From an uncultured Verrucomicrobiae bacterium (GTDB lineage: Bacteria; Verrucomicrobiota; Verrucomicrobiia; Chthoniobacterales; Terrimicrobiaceae), in NCBI GenBank assembly GCA_963706955.1, contig CAVPOC010000008.1, forward strand, positions 768,001 to 832,000: a stretch of 64,000 nt of DNA, read 5' to 3'. The first letter of the stretch is position 1. Each line of letters begins with the position of its first letter. Positions 33,914 to 44,222 of this stretch are shown here, piece after piece. Under the pieces are notes generated by a model that was not told where the DNA came from, did no database searches, and saw nothing but the letters and a program-made list of their open reading frames with translations. The translations under genes were made by a program, and so were the position numbers.

Positions 33914-35100
33914 GAACGCTTTGGCTTGCCGATCATTTGCTGGTCAGCGAACGCGGGCACCACGTCAGTTATAACGGCTTCATTGCAGACGCGGCCAAGC
34001 GCGCGGGAATGGATGTGCATATCCTTTGCGCCCGTGAATGCGTCGCGCAGGTTCCCGGCGGTTTCGCCATGCGTGGAATTTTCCGCAAAGACGTGCGGAA
34101 CACTCCCTCTCCGTTGCTCTCCCGCTCACGATTGGCTCTCGATGCGCTCGAGAGACTGGCGCGCCGCCGCTTTCAAGCCGACCTGGCAAAAGGAATCACT
34201 CCCGAGATTATCAAGAGCGAAGACATCATCTTCGCGGAGATGCTCGCTCCGCGAAATCTGGCGGGCTGGCTTCGGTGGTTGCGAGATTTTCCCAAAGAGC
34301 CCTTGCCCAATCTGGTGCTTCATCTCGGCTATGCTTCGGAACGCTTTGGAGCCGACAAGGAAATTCCCACGCTCCTGGAAGCACTTGAGCGCTCGGGAAA
34401 ATTCTCGCGAGTGCACTTCGCCACCGACAGCGACATTCTCAAGGAGAAATACACGGCAATCTTCCGGCGACCCGTGGCCCACTTGCCTCTCGTCATCTCG
34501 AGACGAGCCTGCGAGTGTTACAAGCCCCCAGGAACGCCTGTCCACTTCGTGTGCCTGGGAAACGCGCGCGAAGAAAAAGGGTTCAGAGAAATTCTGACCG
34601 CCATCGACACCCTAAACTCGAACGGAGGCTTGGCGAACGCGCGGTTTACTTTGCAGAGCAGCGACCCGGACGCGCACTCAGCAGCTGCCCTGGCCGGCTT
34701 TCGCTCCGCGCGAGCTGCGGGTATTTCCCTCCTCACGAAACCACTGGATGACGAGAGCTACTTGCGCCTGCTCAAGGATGCCGACGTCCTGCTCCTGCCT
34801 TATCATGTCGACCGATACCGGGACCGCACCAGCGGCGTATTTTGCGAAGCGATGACGTCTGGAAAACCCACCATTGTCAACGAGGGTTCATTCTTGGGAT
34901 TGGAGGTTCGTCGGCAAGGGATCGGTTGGCTGGCTCGCGATCGAGATCCGGCATCCTTGGCCGAGACAATGCGGCGCGCAGTTCGCGAATTGGACGCGGT
35001 GGCGTCCCGTTGCGCGAAATTGATGCCGCATTACAAGCTGATGTTCCACCCGGATACTTTTGTGTCGCAGTTGCTGGCTCTCGCCGATGACCAAGGCTGA
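33910..35100 (+). CDS. GT4 glycosyltransferase
   Basis: GHH.SY, LGNAREEKGF, ADVLLLPY...Y..RTSGVFCEAMTSGKP. Confidence 0.88.
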   Translation: MRTLWLADHLLVSERGHHVSYNGFIADAAKRAGMDVHILCARECVAQVPGGFAMRGIFRKDVRNTPSPLLSRSRLALDALERLARRRFQADLAKGITPEIIKSEDIIFAEMLAPRNLAGWLRWLRDFPKEPLPNLVLHLGYASERFGADKEIPTLLEALERSGKFSRVHFATDSDILKEKYTAIFRRPVAHLPLVISRRACECYKPPGTPVHFVCLGNAREEKGFREILTAIDTLNSNGGLANARFTLQSSDPDAHSAAALAGFRSARAAGISLLTKPLDDESYLRLLKDADVLLLPYHVDRYRDRTSGVFCEAMTSGKPTIVNEGSFLGLEVRRQGIGWLARDRDPASLAETMRRAVRELDAVASRCAKLMPHYKLMFHPDTFVSQLLALADDQG

Positions 35101-36310
35101 CACACGAGTCGCAGTTTTCTATCCCTGGACCGGCTTGCCTGCACTGGATCGCGGTTCAGCACGGAGGCTCGTCCCCTTGATCAATCTCTTTGCGGCGCAC
35201 TATTCGGAAGTGAGGATCCTTTCTCCCGGGACAGGGAACCCGATCCAAAGCGGGAATATCGAATACCTCTTCCAATACCCCTCCAAGCTGGAAAGAGTCC
35301 TTCTCAGGACTGCTCATTGGTTTTACGACGGAATTCTTCACCATTCATCACGTGCGCAAATCACACCACGCGAGCGGCGGCAATGGTGGCACTACTTGAA
35401 CGTCAAGCTCCAGCCTACCCTGCTCAGGCATGTCCACGAACTTGTGGCCTGGTCATCCATCGCCTTTTTGGAGTGTCCATTTTGGGGAAGTGCAGTCAGG
35501 CGGGCTTGCCGGAAAACAAAGAAACATTACCTCCTGACATTTGAAGATGTGCTCTCCGACTTGGTGACAAGCAATCGGTGGTTGCGGCAGCGGGTGAGCG
35601 CCTGTGAGCGGTTTGCCAGCCGCGATGCAGCCGCGGTTTTTAGCGTCTCACTTCACGACCAGGAACGATTCGAGACCAACGGAATCCCGACGCGCGTCAT
35701 ACCGCATGGCATGGAAACAGAGCCAGCGCTCCCAAGTCTTGACGCTGGACAGATTCCCCCCGAACTGCAGCGCCTCCAGGAAGCACGCTCAACTGGGGCG
35801 ATCATCTGTCTTTTTATCGGAAGCAGCCTTCGCTGTAATCTCGAGGCGGTCGAGGAGATCCGGAAAATCGCGGCGTCATTGACCAATCGGGGCAATATTC
35901 GGTTTGTCATCGCAGGTGCTTGCCTGCCCAAAGGCGACTACGGTGATAAGATTACCGCGCTTGGACCAGTCGAGGAGACTGTATTGCTGCGGCTTTACCA
36001 ACTTACTGACCTCGTCCTTGCACCTCTGATCTCCGGCACAGGCACCTCTCTGAAAGTCCTGGAAGCATTTATCCATGGAAAGGCGCTTCTCTCCACGCGG
36101 GTTGGAGTGCGCGGCCATCCCGTTCAGGACGGCAGAGATTGCATTGTCTGCGACGATCTGGAGCGATATCCGGAGATCATCCACGCCTTAAGTGGCGATC
36201 CTGCGCGGAGAAGAGAGCTCGGTGAAGCGGGGCGCCGATTCGTAAAGGCGTTTGATTATCGGGTGGTCTATCAGCCCTATCTGGCGGAAATTGAAAAATT
36301 CGCCCGATGA
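35087..36310 (+). CDS. GT4 glycosyltransferase
   Basis: IPHG, FIGS...N, APL.SGTGTSLKVLEA..GKALLST.VG.RG. Confidence 0.88.
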   Translation: MTKADTRVAVFYPWTGLPALDRGSARRLVPLINLFAAHYSEVRILSPGTGNPIQSGNIEYLFQYPSKLERVLLRTAHWFYDGILHHSSRAQITPRERRQWWHYLNVKLQPTLLRHVHELVAWSSIAFLECPFWGSAVRRACRKTKKHYLLTFEDVLSDLVTSNRWLRQRVSACERFASRDAAAVFSVSLHDQERFETNGIPTRVIPHGMETEPALPSLDAGQIPPELQRLQEARSTGAIICLFIGSSLRCNLEAVEEIRKIAASLTNRGNIRFVIAGACLPKGDYGDKITALGPVEETVLLRLYQLTDLVLAPLISGTGTSLKVLEAFIHGKALLSTRVGVRGHPVQDGRDCIVCDDLERYPEIIHALSGDPARRRELGEAGRRFVKAFDYRVVYQPYLAEIEKFAR

Positions 36311-37233
36311 CGATCAGCGTCATCATTCCGGCTTACAATGGCGCGGCAACAATCGCGAATGCCATCGAAAGCATTCTTCGCCAGACGCGCCGGCCGGACG
36401 AGATCATCGTTTCCGACGATTGCAGCACCGATGCCACCGGTGAGGCGGCTCGGCGCTTCGGAGAACGTCTCCACTACGTGCGCCGGCCGCAAAATGGCGG
36501 CCTTTCCGCTAACCGCAATACCGGGGTGCGAGCGAGTCATGGTGACTGGCTTCTTTTTCTCGACCAAGACGACGAGCTCCTCCCGCACGCGTTGGAATCT
36601 CTCGCCCGAACTGCCGAAACGAGCGGCGCTGGTGTGGCCTATGGATTCGTCTTGCTGCGCGGCCATCAACCTGAGCATGCGCGTATCCACGGTTTGCCCT
36701 GGGCCGTCGGCGACCCGCCTGTTCCCAGCCGGGCGAATTTCTGGTGGACAGCTGTTACGACTACCGGGTGCGCTCTCTTTCGTCGCTCCTTAATCGATGA
36801 GGTGGGTGAATTCGATGAAACCATCTGGCAGGCGGAGGATTGCGAATTCTGGCTGCGCTGTGGCGTAACCTGCCGGTTCGCTCACAGCGATACGGTGGTG
36901 CTAAAGAAATACGAGACCATTGGCTCGCTGGGATCATATGCCGCTGGCAGCATTTGGTGGCGCTTGTATTTGCAGGAAAAATTTCTCGCCTGGTGCGCTG
37001 CACGGTCGGTGGACACTCAATTTTTGGGGGCCACGCACGCACAACTAACCGATCACGCTCTCAAACGAATTTTTCACCAGAAGGCATGGCGGGTGCTCAG
37101 TCCGGTGCTGGAACGGGCGCGTTTCCACGGCGCGAGAACTGTTTGGTACCATCGTGGTGTCCTCACGGAGAGGTTCCTCGGCCTGCTTGGAAGGCGAACC
37201 TCGCCGGAGAACCTTCGCACTTACGCGTGCTGA
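36307..37233 (+). CDS. GT2 glycosyltransferase
   Basis: ISVIIPAYN, DDCSTD, NGGLSANRNTG, FLDQDD, AEDCEFWLR. Confidence 0.9.
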   Translation: MTISVIIPAYNGAATIANAIESILRQTRRPDEIIVSDDCSTDATGEAARRFGERLHYVRRPQNGGLSANRNTGVRASHGDWLLFLDQDDELLPHALESLARTAETSGAGVAYGFVLLRGHQPEHARIHGLPWAVGDPPVPSRANFWWTAVTTTGCALFRRSLIDEVGEFDETIWQAEDCEFWLRCGVTCRFAHSDTVVLKKYETIGSLGSYAAGSIWWRLYLQEKFLAWCAARSVDTQFLGATHAQLTDHALKRIFHQKAWRVLSPVLERARFHGARTVWYHRGVLTERFLGLLGRRTSPENLRTYAC

Positions 37234-38126
37234 CCTGGCTTCGCTCGACAGCACGACGACAGTTGGCGTGGTTAGGGCGGCACGCCGTCGAGCCTCTCAT
37301 TTTCCGGATGCACCGGCGCAAAGAAACGGCGGAGGTTCCTGTTTCCGTGCACATGTTGGTCTCCTCGGAGACATGGGATGCCGGGATAATGGCGGCGATT
37401 AGCTTTGAGCATTTCAGCGGTCGGCGCTGGCCGCTTTTCATTCATGAAGACGGCTCAGTCTCGGCGGCACAGCGCGCTGTGATCGAACGAAACCTCCCGG
37501 GAGTCCGCTTTATCCCCCGCGCGGAAGCAGAGGCGCGCGCGTCGGTCCATCTTTCGGGATACCCGAAGTGCTTGTCCAACCGTCGCCGGCACAATCTCTT
37601 TCTCAAGTTCCTCGACTTCCCTGTTTACGCGCCCTACGACCGGTTTGTCGTTCTCGACTCGGACGTGATTTTCTTTAAGCGCCCTAGAGAGATCCTCGAT
37701 TGGGTGGATGCAGAAAAAGAGGAATGTTGGTTTAACGAGGACACTAAGGAAAAATACTGCATCCCGCGTCCGCAGATTGAAGAGGCGCTTCAGATGAAGA
37801 TTTGGGAGCGGGTAAATACAGGTATCTGTCTCATGCCTAAGCGCGCCATTTCCCTGGAACTCAGTGAGCGTTTAATTACCGCCTTCGAGAGAAATGCTCA
37901 CCATCCCCAGTTTTTCGAACAGACGCTTTACGCCGTGATGGCCTCCGCGCTCAATCGCGGGGGCATGCTCCCCTCCACCTACAATATCAACTGGGGCTAT
38001 CTTCGGGCGCCCGGTAGCATCTGCCGGCACTATGTAGGCGCCTTCAAACACGACTTACTTTATATTGAAGGCGCGCCGAGCCTGCTGGCGCTTCTGGCGA
38101 TTTCCAGAAACGCGCCCCGGAATTGA
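37227..38126 (+). CDS. GT-A fold nucleotide-sugar transferase-like protein (GT8-like)
   Basis: IHEDGS, LKFLDF, VLDSDVIFF (DxD), VNTGI, EQT, CRHYVG. Confidence 0.65.
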   Translation: MLTWLRSTARRQLAWLGRHAVEPLIFRMHRRKETAEVPVSVHMLVSSETWDAGIMAAISFEHFSGRRWPLFIHEDGSVSAAQRAVIERNLPGVRFIPRAEAEARASVHLSGYPKCLSNRRRHNLFLKFLDFPVYAPYDRFVVLDSDVIFFKRPREILDWVDAEKEECWFNEDTKEKYCIPRPQIEEALQMKIWERVNTGICLMPKRAISLELSERLITAFERNAHHPQFFEQTLYAVMASALNRGGMLPSTYNINWGYLRAPGSICRHYVGAFKHDLLYIEGAPSLLALLAISRNAPRN

Positions 38127-38129
38127 ACC

Positions 38130-38936
38130 ATGGCGTATTTTCGTAATCTCTTCGGAACTCAGCCCTGCCCTAAGTTTTGGGTAAAAACGTTTCTGCATCT
38201 GCTGACGCCCGGAGGATTCGGCTATATCCGAAAGCTAAGAACCGGACGCGACAAAGCATACGTGCACGAGCGCGACAAGCACACGGTGCGCTTCAAGCAT
38301 CATGGAGGCGGCGGATGGAAGACTGAGAAAGAAAACGGCCTGATCAAGCGCGACTACGCGAACTATCAGGAGTACCTCACGCACCAAAAACTCAAGTTGG
38401 ATGAGATGGTGAAGATGAAAGGAGGGTTCAGCAACTTCGACATTTTTGATTACCGGTTGAAGTTCTTTGTTCGGTTTCGTCAGTTGACCAAACTCCTGCC
38501 CTTTGATGCCGCCATTCTTTGCTGCGGTGCCAGGCAGGGCACTGAGGTCGATGTTCTGCGAGACCTTGGATTCAAGAAGGCCCGCGGCATCGACCTGAAC
38601 CCTGGCATCGACAATCCCCTGGTAGACGTTGGCGACATGATGAGGCTGGATGAGGCCGACAACTCGCTCGATTTGCTCTATTCTAATTGTATCGATCACG
38701 CGTTTGATCTCGACGGGATGATCGCAGAGCATGCTCGCGCGCTGAAACCGGAGGGCTATCTGCTCTATGATGTGGGAATCAACATGGAGCAAGGAGGAGG
38801 ACCGTTCGAAGCAATCTCGTGGGATCGCACTGAAGATGTCGTCCTGCGCCTGCTGCGCAGCTTCCGAACCGTGGTCCGCCTTGAGCGAGAAAGTCAATGG
38901 CTTTGGATCCTCGTTCAAGGCAAGCAACCTGATTGA
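38130..38936 (+). CDS. Class I SAM-dependent methyltransferase
   Basis: ILCCGARQGTEV (motif I variant), GIDL, GDM, DLLYSNCIDH, RALKPEG. Confidence 0.8.
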   Translation: MAYFRNLFGTQPCPKFWVKTFLHLLTPGGFGYIRKLRTGRDKAYVHERDKHTVRFKHHGGGGWKTEKENGLIKRDYANYQEYLTHQKLKLDEMVKMKGGFSNFDIFDYRLKFFVRFRQLTKLLPFDAAILCCGARQGTEVDVLRDLGFKKARGIDLNPGIDNPLVDVGDMMRLDEADNSLDLLYSNCIDHAFDLDGMIAEHARALKPEGYLLYDVGINMEQGGGPFEAISWDRTEDVVLRLLRSFRTVVRLERESQWLWILVQGKQPD

Positions 38937-39736
38937 GCGCCTCACGCATTGTCGGAATTTCGCTCGTTCGTAACGAGGACCTCTTCGTTGAGACCGCGCT
39001 AGCGAATGCGGCCGTCTTCTGTGACGAGCTTTACGTTGCGGATCATGGCTCCACCGACCAGACGGGCGCAATTTTGCGCAGGCTCGCCAGCGGCAAGCCC
39101 AATATCCACCTCCGGACGGTGCGGCATCCGGCCCAGTCCCACGACCTCATCCGACACTTCGCCGGATCGCGGACGTGGATATTCGGCGTGGACGGTGATG
39201 AGATCTATGAACCGGACAGGCTCGCTCGCCTGCGCGAAACAATCCTCTCTGGCGCCTTCGACCAGCACTGGATGGTTTTCGGAAACGTTCTTCACGTGAC
39301 GAAACTTGATGAACAGCGTCGCACCGCCACCGGGCATCTCGCGCCGCCATGCCGGAGTATGACGAAGCTCTACAATTTCAATGCGATCAAAGAATGGGCG
39401 GGCTACACGCCCGAGCGACTGCATGGCGGGACGATCCGGTTTCGCGCCGGCTATTCGCGAGATCGCCGCCGCATGCTCCATGAAGAGCTCTCATGGAACG
39501 AAGCAGACTTCCGTTGCCTTCATCTCTGTTTCCTCAAACGCAGCAGCCGCGATCGAGAGAATTCAGTCCGGAGAAATATCATTGAAACCTTCGGGCCCAC
39601 CCGACTGCATACCTTCTGGTATGCGGTCTCAGCGCTGATCGGTTTTAAAAGGGGAGCCGAGTGGAAGCGATCACGCTATATGCGCGGTCCCGAAACAACA
39701 GTTGCTGCTGAGACTTTCTTCCCCGCAATCGCATGA
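38933..39736 (+). CDS. GT2 glycosyltransferase
   Basis: LVRNED, ADHGSTD, WIFGVDGDEIY. Confidence 0.8.
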   Translation: MSASRIVGISLVRNEDLFVETALANAAVFCDELYVADHGSTDQTGAILRRLASGKPNIHLRTVRHPAQSHDLIRHFAGSRTWIFGVDGDEIYEPDRLARLRETILSGAFDQHWMVFGNVLHVTKLDEQRRTATGHLAPPCRSMTKLYNFNAIKEWAGYTPERLHGGTIRFRAGYSRDRRRMLHEELSWNEADFRCLHLCFLKRSSRDRENSVRRNIIETFGPTRLHTFWYAVSALIGFKRGAEWKRSRYMRGPETTVAAETFFPAIA

Positions 39737-40716
39737 GCTGGTTCGCGCGGAAAAGCCGACCAGTTGCGACGGTCGCATTCAATATGCTTCCACGCAGCGG
39801 ACCCTATGGAGGCGGCAATCAATGGCTGAATCAACTCTCTGCGCATCTGAAACGCTGCGGCTACGCGGTCCAATACCATCTCGATCGGAAGGTCGATTGC
39901 GTTGCGGGAACACATGCGGGTCTGAGCGGTGCGTTGGCCTTCAGTTATGATGATGTTCTTCGGGCCAAAGAAAAGAACCTCCGCCTCGTCTGCCTTCAGC
40001 GCATCAACGACAACGATGCGCGCAAAGGAACCGAGGCGATGGATCGAGTCTTGGCCGAGGCCAACCGCGCCGCGGACCATACGGTTTTTGTTTCTGATTG
40101 GCTTCGGGACTATCACGCCTCGCGCTGGTTCGCCCCGATGCGACCCCATTCGGTGATCCTCAACGGGGCCGACCCATCGATTTTTCACCCTATCGGAGCC
40201 GCGACCTGGAAGCCGGGTGCACCACTTCGCCTCGTCACCCATCATTGGTCGGACAACATGAGTAAAGGATTCGAACTCTACGCTAAAATCGATGAGGTCA
40301 TTGCCTCCGGGAGCCTTTTGGATACGGAGATTTGGATCGTGGGTAGGTGGCCCGAGCGAATCCGCTGGAGGAGCGCAAAGACGTTCGGCCCGCGTGTTGG
40401 AGGCGCCCTGGCGGAACTCCTGCGCCAATGTCACGTCTACGTAACCGGCTCGAAGCACGAACCAGGCGCGATGCATCCGGTGGAGGGTCTTCAATGTGGG
40501 CTGCCGCTCCTCTATGATCGCGAGACAGGTGGCACGGTCGAGTTGGGGCGAAAGTACGGCATGGAAATGTCCGCAAATATTGTCGAGTCAATCACACGAA
40601 TTCGGGATGACTACGAAGTGCTTAGGACCAGGGTCCTCGGAGACCCTCCTTCCGGGGACGCGATGTGTCTACATTATCGCAGATTGATTCAGCGCTTGAT
40701 CGCGGAGGCACGTTGA
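39733..40716 (+). CDS. GT4 glycosyltransferase
   Basis: PYGGGNQW, VFVS, NGADPSIF, SKGF, EPGAMHPVEGLQCGLP. Confidence 0.82.
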   Translation: MSWFARKSRPVATVAFNMLPRSGPYGGGNQWLNQLSAHLKRCGYAVQYHLDRKVDCVAGTHAGLSGALAFSYDDVLRAKEKNLRLVCLQRINDNDARKGTEAMDRVLAEANRAADHTVFVSDWLRDYHASRWFAPMRPHSVILNGADPSIFHPIGAATWKPGAPLRLVTHHWSDNMSKGFELYAKIDEVIASGSLLDTEIWIVGRWPERIRWRSAKTFGPRVGGALAELLRQCHVYVTGSKHEPGAMHPVEGLQCGLPLLYDRETGGTVELGRKYGMEMSANIVESITRIRDDYEVLRTRVLGDPPSGDAMCLHYRRLIQRLIAEAR

Positions 40717-42296
40717 CCCTAGTGCAAGCAGGGAAGGAGAAGGCCGGCGGAATGGGCTGGGCCGTCCATTTCGCGGGCGACCAGCAAATCAAGTGGGCGC
40801 TCGACGAGGACTTGCGCTGGGCGCGTCAAGCGCTCGACGGAGAAATTCAGGAAGCCTCCCCGTGGCGAAGCCGCATCATCCACGCGGTTTGGTGGCCAAG
40901 CGCGTTACGTCTTGGCAGCGACGCTTTGCGAAGTCGGAGGGTCGTCTGCTTCGTCGATAATGCCCCCTCCCTCTACGCTCGGCAGCCGGAATTTTACGCT
41001 GTGGAACCGTTCGTCGACAAATGGATCGTTCGCTCGAGGCAGGCAGCAGGGCAATTCGCGACGCTAGGAATCGAGGCGGAATGGGCTCCCTATTGCGTTG
41101 ATCCCAAAACCTTCTTTCGCCTGCCACCGAACGATGCCGAACTGCAGGCGCTCAGACGCCAAATCGGATTGCCCGAGGACGCTTACGTAATCGGGAACTT
41201 TCATTTGGACACGGCATTCACGATTGGACCAGACCGGCCCAAATGGCAGAAGGGTCCGGATATCTTTGCGGAAATCGTGCGGCGGGTCCGTGAAGCTGAA
41301 TCGCGCGTCTGTGTTCTGCTGGCCGGTCCGCGACGTCACTGGCTGCGCCAGCGATTGAAAGGCTTGGATGTGCCGGTGTTCTTCGTCGGCCGCGAAATCG
41401 CGGGCGACGACTTCGCGAGCAATATCCTCGATCGACCTACCCTCAACCGACTCTACAATCTGCTCGACCTATATCTGGTATGCTCCCGCTGGGAGGGCGG
41501 GCCCCATTCCATTCTCGAGGCCTGTTTTTCGAGGACCAAGGTGCTGAGCACGCGCGTCGGCATCGCGGAGGATGTCCTCGAATCCCGGAGTCTTTTCGAT
41601 ACTGTTCCTGAAGCAGTTGCCCGAATCCTGGAGGACATCCGTGAGGGGATCCTCGAAGCGACTTGCCAACCTCAATACGAGACAGTTTGTGCCCAAAATT
41701 CCCCGCCGAAACTTTTCGATGCGTTGCATCGAATCTATCAAACCTTCCCTCAACGCACGAAAAAGACAGTCCTCGAGGCGACGCAGGCACGCCTGAGTTC
41801 GCAGGCACGGCGGCTTCTTCGACGGAAATATACTCCGCCCACCATTCTCGGGATGCTCGCGGAAGGGAAACCGCGGACGTTCTTTGAGTTTCTTCACGGC
41901 GCTTTGCGACAGAGCGGCGCATTTGATCTTCGCAACAAGATCGACGCCAGATGCGGACACTATCTGGTGGACGAGAGTTGGCTCAAAAATAACGACCCGA
42001 GGAAAATCGCGGACGCGAAGATCGTCTTCGTCTCGGACACTTACCCCGCAGATGTCCCTTCCTCAGCGGAGGCAATTATCGTCCCTTCTTTCGAATGTCT
42101 CAGAGAACGGCCGCGGGACCTGGCTAAACCGCTTCCACTCGTAATTCCCCCTGTCTTGGACGGCACGGCTTTCCAGCTCGATGTTCCGGTGCCACAACAG
42201 CTAACCTCAACGGTCGCGGGAGTTGCCCACGCATTGCGGCAATTGTTTGTGGTTCTGGCTTCGCCGGAAGACGTTCGCTGGCTCGGTTTTCGATAG
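40713..42296 (+). CDS. GT4 glycosyltransferase with C-terminal extension
   Basis: PYCVD, KGPD, LYNLLDLYLVCSRWEGGPHSILEA, STRVG; TTG overlaps the upstream TGA. Confidence 0.82.
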   Translation: MTLVQAGKEKAGGMGWAVHFAGDQQIKWALDEDLRWARQALDGEIQEASPWRSRIIHAVWWPSALRLGSDALRSRRVVCFVDNAPSLYARQPEFYAVEPFVDKWIVRSRQAAGQFATLGIEAEWAPYCVDPKTFFRLPPNDAELQALRRQIGLPEDAYVIGNFHLDTAFTIGPDRPKWQKGPDIFAEIVRRVREAESRVCVLLAGPRRHWLRQRLKGLDVPVFFVGREIAGDDFASNILDRPTLNRLYNLLDLYLVCSRWEGGPHSILEACFSRTKVLSTRVGIAEDVLESRSLFDTVPEAVARILEDIREGILEATCQPQYETVCAQNSPPKLFDALHRIYQTFPQRTKKTVLEATQARLSSQARRLLRRKYTPPTILGMLAEGKPRTFFEFLHGALRQSGAFDLRNKIDARCGHYLVDESWLKNNDPRKIADAKIVFVSDTYPADVPSSAEAIIVPSFECLRERPRDLAKPLPLVIPPVLDGTAFQLDVPVPQQLTSTVAGVAHALRQLFVVLASPEDVRWLGFR

Positions 42297-42300
42297 CCGG

Positions 42301-43186
42301 TCAAGAGAGACGTAGCGGCAGGAGCTTGGGATGGAAAAGACCTTCCACGGCCTTGCCGAGGACACGCGCCGCGAGCAGACTCACAGAGTCAAGCTGAAGG
42401 GTCGCGGATTTGCGCCCCGCGAGGTGCACCATACCGCGGGTAAATCCGGAATAGGCATCGTCGAAAACGAGTCCATTTGATTCGATGACTTCGACCTGTT
42501 CGAAGACTGTCGTCGCGTGCGCAGCGACAATGCAGGTCCCGAGACCGAAAGGCTCGGTGGGAGCAAAGTCGTCCATCAAGATTTCGCCATCTTCTGCGAG
42601 CAGCAAGCAGCTGTAGGCGAAATCGTGAAAGACCGAATACACGTCGTGTCCGGCGTCCACGAAGATAAAGTCAAATTTGCGGCCTTCCTTGAAGAGGGCT
42701 GGCAAGACGGCCGTGGTTGCTCCGGTGCGCAACGTGATGAGAGCACTCAACTCGAAGAAATGCTTGTTCCAGACTTCGTCCACGGAGCGCGCTTCTGAAC
42801 TGTCCTTTCCATCCAGGCAGATGGGCCACTCTTGCTTTGCAGCGGGCGCGATGATGTCAACGGATACCAACTCGCCCGGATAGCGGAGACCTTGGACTTG
42901 ATCCGCCATCGCGAGAACCCCGAGACCGCGGCCTGTGCCAAGCTCCAGAATCCGTTTTGGTTTCCTGCGGCGAATAATTTCCCGCAGAAGAAGCGCTCTT
43001 TCGAAATTCGCCGCAAAGTAGCGTCCGCCTTCTTCCTTTAAACCAGTGAGTTTTCCAATTTCCAGGACACGAGCTTTCTCCGCGTCGTCATCAAAACTGC
43101 GCAGCCAGGAAGCGAGCGCGGGGTTGCAGCAGCCACAGCGAGATGATTTTGCGGTTTCAGATTAGATTCTTGGCGACGCGAATCAC
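42301..43186 (-). CDS. Class I SAM methyltransferase (Methyltransf_24-like), 5' end frameshifted
   Basis: RKPKRILELGTGRG lies in frame upstream of the ORF-track start; also SVDI, FDFIFVDAGH, MDD. Confidence 0.78.
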
Positions 43187-43331
43187 ACGATGCGACTTGC
43201 TTGCGTCAGCTGCAAGCCGCGAAAGCTATTTGCCAAGCACGTCCGGCATCTTGCGGGCGCGAAGTGATGACTTCGAGCATTGACACGGTGCCGTTTTTCA
43301 AGAGCTTCGTAGGCCCACTTGGGCGATTCGC

Positions 43332-44222
43332 ATGAAGTCCTTACGCATAGCGCTGACCGGCGGACGCGGTCGTCTAGCACCATTCGTCGCCGCGCACATG
43401 TGCTCATCCCAAGCGGAGGTGGTGACCTTTTCGCGCAAGGCTGGCGACGGCTTTCAGTGCACCTCTCTTCTGACGGAGCCGGAAGCACTCGCTGGCTTTG
43501 ATGTCGTTCTTCACCTTGGCTGGAGCACCGTTCCGTTGACTTCGGAGGAGATGCCGGGTGTCGAAGGGATCATCGACCTTCCCCTGCTGCAAGAATTGCT
43601 CGATTCGTGTGTCTCGACTCGCCGCCCGCCGCTGCTCGTCTTCTTCTCATCGGCGGCGGTCTATGGGAACACGGCGACTCCGGCTTTGGAGGACACGCCA
43701 TGCCAACCTATAGGGCATTACGCTCGGGCAAAACTTCAAGCCGAGGACCTTATCCGCTCTGCCTGCAAGCGCTACGACAAGTTGCGCTGTTGTGCGCTTC
43801 GAATATCAAACCTTTTCGGCTCGGCGATGCAGTTGACCAAGCCCCAGGGCCTGATCTCTCGTGTATGTCGGGCGGTTCACGAGAATACTCCGATCTCGAT
43901 TTGGGGTGACGGCGGAAACACCAAGGATTATCTATTTCTCGATGACTTTCTCGACGCGCTCGAGGTCATTATTGATCGAGGCTTGACCGGGACTTTCAAT
44001 GTAGCGTCCGAACAATCGCTTTCCGTCCAGGAGATCGTCTCAATAGTGGAATCCTCTACCGGCAAGGAATTAAAGGTCGTGCATTGTCCCGCCTTCCCGT
44101 GGGATGTCGAAGAAAGTCGAATTTCTACTCAAAAACTGCGTGCAGCCACGGGATGGCGCGCGCGGTCCGATCTCACCGAAGCGATCCAGCAGGTTATCGA
44201 AGCAGAATTGAAATGCGTCTAA
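43332..44222 (+). CDS. NAD-dependent epimerase/dehydratase
   Basis: TGGRGRLA (degenerate Gly motif), SSAAVYG, YARAK, RISNLFG, WGDG..KDYL. Confidence 0.85.
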   Translation: MKSLRIALTGGRGRLAPFVAAHMCSSQAEVVTFSRKAGDGFQCTSLLTEPEALAGFDVVLHLGWSTVPLTSEEMPGVEGIIDLPLLQELLDSCVSTRRPPLLVFFSSAAVYGNTATPALEDTPCQPIGHYARAKLQAEDLIRSACKRYDKLRCCALRISNLFGSAMQLTKPQGLISRVCRAVHENTPISIWGDGGNTKDYLFLDDFLDALEVIIDRGLTGTFNVASEQSLSVQEIVSIVESSTGKELKVVHCPAFPWDVEESRISTQKLRAATGWRARSDLTEAIQQVIEAELKCV

